Origin: Nostoc sp. DedSLP01
GTDB lineage: Bacteria > Cyanobacteriota > Cyanobacteriia > Cyanobacteriales > Nostocaceae
DNA: 15,600 nucleotides
Assembly (NCBI GenBank): GCA_034530875.2
Contig: JAVRCJ020000075.1
Location: 1 to 15,600, forward strand
Direction of reading: 5' to 3'
Both the position numbers and the translations under genes were made by a program. A model generated the notes under the pieces. The model did no database searches and was not told the DNA's origin. It saw only the letters and a list, made by a program, of their open reading frames with translations. Shown here in pieces: positions 1 to 8,000 of this stretch. Position 1 is the stretch's first letter. Every line of letters starts with the position of its first letter.

Positions 1-111
1 TTATGCAACTCGATCTAGCTTAAAATCCACTCCCACTCATCCACTGTCTCTTGAGATTTTCTTTACGAATCAGCTCTGAAGCGCAAATAGATGCTGTATG
101 ACCAATTTAGG

Positions 112-132
112 AATTCTCATGAGATGAGAATT
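112..132. terminator. Inverted repeat AATTCTCAT-GAG-ATGAGAATT downstream of the operon, weak terminator or 3' hairpin candidate
   Basis: Perfect 9-bp stem 47 nt after the last stop codon. It is AU-rich and has no clear U-tract. Confidence 0.3.
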
Positions 133-178
133 AGATTTGCAGCTATTTATTGCCTCAGTCGTATCAGTTTAAGATTGA

Positions 179-3100
179 TTATTGAGTAGTGCCGATACCA
201 TCGCACAAATGCTTATCATCTTCTGGTATATCTTGGTTATATGTGAGATAGTTTCGTGCCCAATTACAAGCACTATCTAATAGGGGATTTAAAGCCAGAC
301 GGTCTAAGTCCCAAATCAAGACCGTGTTCTTTTGATCGACTCTATAACCCATAACGAATGTAATTAAAGTTTTACCATTGGAACTAAATATTACATCAAC
401 TACCTCTTGTTGATGCTTGATAGTTCGTAATTCCTTACCATTCAAATCCCAAAATTTAACAGTTTTATCTCCACTACCTGAGGCAAGGGTTTTACCATCT
501 GGACTAAAGGCAATAGTATAAATCCATCCTTTATGTCTTTTGAAAGTTCGTAATTCTTTGCCGTTTAAATCCCAGAGTTTAATAGTTTTGTCATTACTGG
601 CAGAGGCAAGGATTTTACCATCTGGGCTGAAAATAATACTAGAGACGCTTCCTTGATGTCCTTTGAGTGTTTGTAGTTCGTTACCATTTTTTAAATCCCA
701 GAGTTTGATTGTATTGTCATTACTGCCAGAGGCGAGGATTTTTCCATCTGGACTGAAGGCAATACTACTGACAAATTTTGTATGCCCTTTGAGTGTTTGC
801 GAGTTGTTGGTATTTAAATCCCAAAGTTTGATAGTTGTTTTATCTGTAGAGGCGAGAGTTTTACCATCTGGACTAAAGACAACACGAGTTATACCTTCTT
901 GACTATCATTTATAATTCGTGGTTTATTGGAATTTAAACTCCAAACTTTAATACTGCTGCTATTTTTACTAGCTTCAGTAGAGGCAAGAGTTTTACTATC
1001 GGGGCTAAAGACCAAACTGTTGATAGATCCAATATTTTCAGGGTTCAAAACAGTGTGTAGCTTTTTGCCATTTAGATCCCGAATTTCAATACTACCACTG
1101 TAGTTACCAGAGGCAAGAGTTTTTCCATCGGGACTCAAAGCAACACTTGTCACATCATCATTTTTATCTGCGGTAAAGGTTTGGAAGTTTGGCGATCGCT
1201 TTTCTTTTGAATCCCAAAGTTTGATAGTATTATCATCACTAGCAGAAGCCAAGCTTTTCCCGTCTGGGCTGAAAGCAACACTTGTCACATATTGGTCATG
1301 TCCTTTAAATATTGCTAATTTTTCACCATTTAAATTCCGAAGTTCAATGGAATTATCCTCAGTAACAATAGCTAGAGTTTTACCATCGGGACTAAAAAAG
1401 ACTTTTGTTGTGTCGCTGTCCATTTTATCCTTTTGAAAGCTCTTGAATTCATTACCGTTTAAATCCCAGAGTTTGAAAGTTTTATCTGTATATGTAGTCA
1501 GCAGAGTTTTACCATTGGGGCTGAAAGTAATACTAGTGATACTTTCCTTATACCCTTTCAAAATGTGCAATTGTTTACCATTTAAATCCCAGAGTTTGAC
1601 AGTATTATCTGTATCAGCAGTCGCTACAGTTTTACTATCAGGACTAAAAACGATATTATTTCCTTCATATTTAATATTTTTGAGTTCCCCACCATTTAAA
1701 TTCCAGAGTTGAACAGTATTATCTTCACCAACAGCCGCCAGAGTTCTCCCATCTGGACTGAAAACAATATTTTTAACTTCTGATTTATTATTAAAGGTTT
1801 TTCGTTCCTGGCCGTTTAAATCCCAGAGTTTGATGGTGTCATCTTCAGTTACAGTCGCCAGAGTTTTACCATCTGGGCTGAAAATCACATCTGTGACCTT
1901 TTGTTGATAGTTGAAAGATTGCAATTGTTTACCATTTAAATCCCAGAGTTTAACAGTTTTGTCATTGCTGGCAGAAGCGAGAATTTTACCGTCTGGGCTG
2001 AAGGCTACGCTATTGACAGAATTATCATGTCCAGTCAAAGTATTAGTCTCTCTGATGCGATCGACTACTTCCTGCAATGCTTCTAATACCAAGGGTTGAG
2101 TAAAGTTTTGCTCTTGTAAAATTTTTCCGGCTTTAATTCCTTGGACTAATGCTTCCAAATCTTGATGATAATCTGAGAGTGATAACGAATACCGACCTAA
2201 AGCCTCAGCTTTAGTTTTTTCAGCTTTTAGTTTCTCACTGAAAGCTAGATTTGCTAAACATGCAGTCACAATCAAAGCAATTAATGCTCCGCCAGCTGTT
2301 GCCCAAGCTATCGTAATTTCTTTACGGCGACGCGCTTCTTTTTCCTTTTGCTGGCGCTGGCGCAGTTCTATGCAAGCAGCAACATAGTCGGCTTCTAACT
2401 GATTTAAAAAATTAGTATGCTTTGCCAACACCTGAGCATCTTCTAATCTTCCACCCCGATGCACCAGATAATTTTCATCTTTTTGCTGCTTTTCCCAATC
2501 TAAAGCTGCCTGACGAATAGTTTCGCGCAATTGTAAATTGATGCGATTCTCATCTAACCACTTGAGCAGACGCGGCCAGTAGCGGATTAAAGCTTCATGT
2601 GCCACTTCCACCTCTTCACGATTTGTAGATTCGTCTACACTCGTCACTACTAATCGCGCACCTTCACCAGCTAACTTTTGCACCAATTGTTTGGTAGTTG
2701 CTAAATCACCACCCGCAGGTATCAGTTCGTCTAACCAAACTCGCCGTCTGGTGTCCCGGCGTCTTTCTCCTTCCAGGGCATTTTCATCTAAGCGGGTTAA
2801 GCGGATAAAGATATTCTTAACTTGGTCTTGTTCTGGTGCTGATAAGGTATTGTAGACATCATCGGCAGTTTGAGCGATCGCCATATTCACACCACCGATC
2901 GCTTCATATTCCACAGCACGCAACCATCTACCATACCGCCGCTTCCACATCTCCAACAATGCATGTTGCAATAGTGGCATTGCTCCCGGTTCGCCTTGCA
3001 CGTCATCCAAAATCGCGTTACTCAAGCCTGCTTCAAAGCGCAAACCCACTTGGGCGGCTTGCATTTCCATCGCTTTCCGCAATTCTGCCGCATCCATCGG

Positions 3101-4936
3101 GCCGATTAATTTTTGTCTCACTTCCATCAAATCTTTTAAATTGCGGTAGCTGGCACACTCACCCCAAAAATCTGCCCGCATGGTGACGATGACTTTTTGG
3201 TGTGGAATTAGGCTTAACAATTTTTCGATGAAAGTTACCCTCTCTGCTTCATCAGCGCATAAGGTAAATAATTCCTCGAATTGGTCGATTACTAATATTG
3301 AAGTTTGCCCTTGCACTGGAGAAAGACTAGTTTGTAGTTTTTCTATGGGGTGAGAGCTTGGCGTCATGTATGCTAACTGCAAATCAGGTTGTTTTTCCTG
3401 TAGCAGCGGTATTAAACCCCCTAAAACTACTGATGATTTACCACTACCAGAAGCGCCTAAGACGGCTAAAAAGTTATGTTCGGTCAACTTTTCTTGCAGT
3501 TGGGCAATTAGTTGTTCGCGCCCAAAGAAAAATTCGCGGTTTTCTACCCGGAAAGGATACAAACCGCGGAAGGGACAACGAGAATCATAATTTGGTAGCT
3601 GTCGATCTAACGCCAAACCATGAAAATTAAAGTCTAATATTTCCTCACAGAGATTATTGACTTCTTCTAATAACTGTTCTCGTTCCTGACGGATTTCTTT
3701 ACTCAATGCTGCAACATCAGCACCTAAAATATTTTCTAGTTTCTGGGCAAGAATCTCAAATTTTTGTTGCAGTGTTGGCGCTCTTTGTGGTAATAATTCC
3801 CGCAGACGTTGTAAACCATATTTAATTTCGGCGTTAGTTAGTTCGCGATCGAGTTGGTCGCTAAATAAGGGTCGTCCACCCAAGCGGCTAAACAATGCCG
3901 GAACTGTCAAATCGCCGCGCTTTGCTAAAGCGGCTGTAGCTTCGTGTAAAGCAGAATCAACTTCTCCGGATGCTCTGAGTTGTTTATAAAAGTTTTCTAT
4001 TAGGGTTTGGGCTGTTTTGATGGTGACTTTATCCGTCATTGCTACCACCGCAGGCATTCCCAAATCCCGGACTAATCTTTGCCCTAAGCCTCCTAAGGAA
4101 CCTTCAGCATCAGGGCTGGCGCTTTCGCAAGTACAAAGAAAGGTAAAATGGGGTAGCCCTTTGGCTCCTCGTAACGGGCGCAACCGGTCTAGTAGTTGTG
4201 TCGCTGGGATGGCATCTACTGTATTATCAGCTTTTGACCAGTAGACAATGGTTTCACCATTATCTGTTACCCTACCGTGACTGACGAAATGTAGTATTGT
4301 ATATTGTTTGTTGCGATCGCTCAGGTGAGTACATAGTTCGTCGATTGTCGGTAAACCAATGGCTCCATCAACTGTTGCTAAGATATCGCAAGGTATTTCT
4401 CCCAGTGCAGACTTGACGCTATGAACGCTTGCTGCAACATCGAAATCGGCTAATTTATACTTTAGGGAATCGCTAGGACTAGCAACTAAAACCAGCGCCC
4501 GCAAATCTCGCCGCCCAATGGGGGGAAAACGGCGGTCAGTAATTGCTGGAATGTAGAAAGAAAATGGTACTCGTTGGTTTAGTGCTAATAACTGCCATTC
4601 ACTATCGATAGGGGCGCAGAGTTTTTCCCAACGCAAGGTTCTTAATTCTGGATCTGATGCTTCAATAAAAAGCAACATTCTCAGTGGTTCTTCACTTTCA
4701 CGCATCGCACCAACAAAGGCATCGCGTAGATCGTCTCGAAATAGGTTTTTTCCCAGCAATGTACCGTAATCTTTGGGCTGTCCGAGAAGGCTGGTTAGCT
4801 GCTGAAAATTTTCAGGAGTTAGTTCGAGAGTACCTTCCGAGCGTAATGGCAGAAGTTCGCCAAATCGGGTGTGTTCTACAACAATTGGCCAGTTATTTTC
4901 TGATTTCCGCTGGATAGTAATCTCGAAGGTGTTCAT
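179..4936 (-). CDS. CHAT (caspase-like) protease - nSTAND1 NTPase - TM helix - 14x WD40 NLR-like receptor (paralog B), 1585 aa
   Basis: ATG at 4936, TAA at 179-181. CHAT dyad motifs LHFVSHG (H220) and FLCTCES (C270). nSTAND1 signatures CPFRGL..F, FFGRE, Walker A GASGSGKSS (K500), Walker B LVIDQFEELFT, MRADF, PGAMPLLQHAL and EVAHEALIRYWPRL. Hydrophobic helix ITIAWATAGGALIALIVTACLANLAF at about 2240-2318. 14 divergent WD40 repeats (FSPDGKTLA...LWDLNG) at about 310-2040. C-terminal ACNW...LCDGI tail. Confidence 0.93.
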   Translation of the reverse strand: MNTFEITIQRKSENNWPIVVEHTRFGELLPLRSEGTLELTPENFQQLTSLLGQPKDYGTLLGKNLFRDDLRDAFVGAMRESEEPLRMLLFIEASDPELRTLRWEKLCAPIDSEWQLLALNQRVPFSFYIPAITDRRFPPIGRRDLRALVLVASPSDSLKYKLADFDVAASVHSVKSALGEIPCDILATVDGAIGLPTIDELCTHLSDRNKQYTILHFVSHGRVTDNGETIVYWSKADNTVDAIPATQLLDRLRPLRGAKGLPHFTFLCTCESASPDAEGSLGGLGQRLVRDLGMPAVVAMTDKVTIKTAQTLIENFYKQLRASGEVDSALHEATAALAKRGDLTVPALFSRLGGRPLFSDQLDRELTNAEIKYGLQRLRELLPQRAPTLQQKFEILAQKLENILGADVAALSKEIRQEREQLLEEVNNLCEEILDFNFHGLALDRQLPNYDSRCPFRGLYPFRVENREFFFGREQLIAQLQEKLTEHNFLAVLGASGSGKSSVVLGGLIPLLQEKQPDLQLAYMTPSSHPIEKLQTSLSPVQGQTSILVIDQFEELFTLCADEAERVTFIEKLLSLIPHQKVIVTMRADFWGECASYRNLKDLMEVRQKLIGPMDAAELRKAMEMQAAQVGLRFEAGLSNAILDDVQGEPGAMPLLQHALLEMWKRRYGRWLRAVEYEAIGGVNMAIAQTADDVYNTLSAPEQDQVKNIFIRLTRLDENALEGERRRDTRRRVWLDELIPAGGDLATTKQLVQKLAGEGARLVVTSVDESTNREEVEVAHEALIRYWPRLLKWLDENRINLQLRETIRQAALDWEKQQKDENYLVHRGGRLEDAQVLAKHTNFLNQLEADYVAACIELRQRQQKEKEARRRKEITIAWATAGGALIALIVTACLANLAFSEKLKAEKTKAEALGRYSLSLSDYHQDLEALVQGIKAGKILQEQNFTQPLVLEALQEVVDRIRETNTLTGHDNSVNSVAFSPDGKILASASNDKTVKLWDLNGKQLQSFNYQQKVTDVIFSPDGKTLATVTEDDTIKLWDLNGQERKTFNNKSEVKNIVFSPDGRTLAAVGEDNTVQLWNLNGGELKNIKYEGNNIVFSPDSKTVATADTDNTVKLWDLNGKQLHILKGYKESITSITFSPNGKTLLTTYTDKTFKLWDLNGNEFKSFQKDKMDSDTTKVFFSPDGKTLAIVTEDNSIELRNLNGEKLAIFKGHDQYVTSVAFSPDGKSLASASDDNTIKLWDSKEKRSPNFQTFTADKNDDVTSVALSPDGKTLASGNYSGSIEIRDLNGKKLHTVLNPENIGSINSLVFSPDSKTLASTEASKNSSSIKVWSLNSNKPRIINDSQEGITRVVFSPDGKTLASTDKTTIKLWDLNTNNSQTLKGHTKFVSSIAFSPDGKILASGSNDNTIKLWDLKNGNELQTLKGHQGSVSSIIFSPDGKILASASNDKTIKLWDLNGKELRTFKRHKGWIYTIAFSPDGKTLASGSGDKTVKFWDLNGKELRTIKHQQEVVDVIFSSNGKTLITFVMGYRVDQKNTVLIWDLDRLALNPLLDSACNWARNYLTYNQDIPEDDKHLCDGIGTTQ

Positions 4937-5008
4937 AAATTATTCTTGAATGCTTTTTAGTGAATGTTCGCGCCTGGTGTAATTTATACTTTCATTCAGC
5001 AACACTGA

Positions 5009-8000
5009 TTAATTTGTGACGATACCATCGCACAAACCCCTATCACTCTCCTCTACATCTCGGTTATTCTTGAGATAATCTCGCACCCAATCGCAAGCCC
5101 TTACCATCAGAGAATCTAGATTCAAATCCCACAAATTGACGGTATATTCCCCGACATTGTTACTTGCAAAAGCGATGGTTTTACCGTCGGGACTGAAGAC
5201 TAAACTAAGGATATAAGATTGATGTTTAAGTGTATACAGTAGCTTGCCGCTTAAATCCCAAAGTTTCACGGTATTGTCAATACTAGCAGAAGCGATGGTT
5301 TTACCGTCAGGACTAAAGACCACACTTGTGACGCCCTGTTTATGCCCGTTGAAAGTTTGCAGTAGCTTGCCCTTTAAATTCCAGAGTTTCAGGGTTTTAT
5401 CATCACTAGCAGAAGCGATGGTTTTACCGTCAGGACTAAAGACAAGGCTAATGACCCCACTTTCATGTCCTGTGAAAGTTTGCAGTAGCTTGCCGTTTAA
5501 ATCCCAGAGTTTCAGGGTTTTATCATCACTAGCAGAAGCGATGGTTTGACCGTCGGGACTAAAGGCCACACTTGTGACGCGCTGTTTATGCCCGTTGAAA
5601 GTTTGCAGTAGCTTGCCTTTTAAATCCCAGAGCTTCACGGTTTTGTCATCACTAGTAGTAGCGATGGTTTTACCGTCAGGACTAAAGAAAAAGCTATTGA
5701 ACCCACTTTCATGTCCTGTAAAAGTTTGCAGTAGCTTACCCTTTAAATTCCAAAGTTTCACAGTTTTGTCTCTATTAGTAGTAGCGATGGTTTGACCGTC
5801 GGTACTAAAGACCATACTTACGGCGCTCTGTTTATCGTTGAAAGTTTGCAGTAGCTTGCCCTTTAAATCCCAGAGTTTCAGGGTTTCATCAGAACTAGCA
5901 GAAGCGATAGTTTGGCCGTCGGGACTAAAGACCACTTTTGTGACTATATCGTTATGTCCTTTGAAAGTTTGCAATTGCTTATTGTTTAAATCCCAGATTT
6001 TAAGGGTTTTATCAGAACTAGCAAAAACGATGGTTTTACCGTCGGGACTAAAAACCACACTATTGACCATATTGTTATTTCCTTTGAACGTTTGCAGTAG
6101 CTTACCGTTTAAATCCCAGATTTTAACGGTTTTGTCAGCACTAGCAGAAGCGATGGTTTTACCGTCGGGACTAAAGACAACGCTTGTGGTCAAAAGTTCA
6201 TTTCCTGTCAAAGTTTGCAGTAGCTTGCCGTTTAAATCCCAGATTTTAAGGGTTTTGTCAGCACTAGCAGAAACGATGGTTTTACCGTTAGGACTAAAGA
6301 CAACACTATCGACCCTATCGTTATGTCCTGTGAAGGTTTGCAGCAACTTGCCGTTTAAATCCCAGAGTTTCACGGTTTTGTCAGCACTAGCAGAAGCGAT
6401 GGTTTTACAGTCGGGACTAAAGACAACGCTTGTGATGAAAAGTTCATGTCCTGTCAAAGTTTGCAGTAGTTTACCGTTTAAATCCCAGATTTTCACAGTT
6501 TTGTCAGCACTAGCAGAAGCGATGGTTTTACCGTTAGGACTAAAGACAACACTATCGACCCCACTTTCATTTCCTGTGAAAGTATGTAGTAAGTTGCTGT
6601 TTAAATCCCAGAGTTTCACGGTTTGGTCATAACTAGCAGAAGCAATGGTTTTACCGTCGGGACTAAAGACCACACTATAGACCCCACTTTCATGTCCTGT
6701 AAAAGTTTGCAGTAGCTTGCCGTTTAAATCCCAGAGTTTCACGATTTTGTCATCACTAGCAGAAGCGATGGTTTTACCGTTGGGACTAAAAACCACACTA
6801 TTGACCCCACTTTCATGTCCTGTAAAAGTTTGCAGTAGTTTGCCGTTTAAATCCCAAAGTTTTACGGTTTTGTCATCATTAGCAGAAGCGATGGTTTTAC
6901 CGTTGGGACTAAAAACCACACTATTGAACCCATTATCATCTGCAAGAATATTGCGCTCTTTTACCCCATAAACTGATTTTCGCAAAGCTTGGATAGCTAA
7001 AACTAGGGGGCGACTTAGGGACTGGGTAACTTTTTGTTCTTTGAGGATTTTTCCAGCTTTAATTCCTTCTATAAGTGCATCCAATTCTTGATGGGAATCA
7101 AACAGTACCGAAGAAGATTGACTTATAGCCTCAGCTTTAGTTATTTCCGCTTCTTGCTTTTGTTTTTCCGCTTCTCCCTTTTGATGCAAAGCCACTAACC
7201 CGAAAGCAGCACTAATAATGACAGCAACAACTGCTCCCCCTGCTACTCCCCAAGCTGTTCTAATTTCCCGACGGCGATGCGCTTCTTTTTCTTGTTCTTG
7301 ACGCAGGCGCAATTCCCAACAAGCATTTACGTAGTTCGCCTCAAGTTGGTTGAGAAATCCGGCTTGTTTGGCTAACACCTGAGCATCATCTAATCTCCCG
7401 CCACGATGCACCAAATAATTATCATCTTTTTGTTGATTTTCCCATTCCAAAGCTGCCTGACGGATAGTTTCCCGTAGCTGCAAATCAGCCCGGTTTTCAT
7501 CTAACCAATTCAGCAACCGAGGCCAGTAGCGAATTAACGCTTCATGTGCCACCTCGACTTCTTCTCGATTCGTAGACTCGTCTACATTGGTAACTACCAA
7601 TCGCGCCCCTTCTCCGGCTAAACGATTGACTAATTCCTTAATCAGTGCTATGTTTCCACCCGCAGGTATGAGTTCATCTAACCAAACCCGTCGCCGTGTA
7701 TCCCGGCGTTTCTCTCCCTGTAGAGCAGTGTCATCTAAGCGGGTTAAACGAATGAAAATATTTTTAACTTGGTCTTGTTCTGGTGCTGATAAGGTATTGT
7801 AAACATCATCGGCAGTTTGAGCGATCGCCATATTCACACCACCGATCGCTTCATATTCCCCAGCACGCAACCATCTGCCATGTCGCCGCTTCCACATCTC
7901 CAACAATGCATGTTGCAACAGTGGCATTGCTCCTGGCTCACCTTGCACATCATCTAAAATCGAGTTGCTCAAACCTGGTTCAAAGCGTAAACCCACTTGG

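Noticed and set aside
1..110. Possible gene end at the left edge
   Set aside because: All frames I translated are short or lack recognisable motifs, so no call can be supported.
663..6971. Plus-strand ORFs with repeating 'LPFKSQSFTVLSSLAEAMVLPSGLK' (e.g. 5838-6632)
   Set aside because: These are antisense shadows of the WD40 repeats, with no independent coding evidence.
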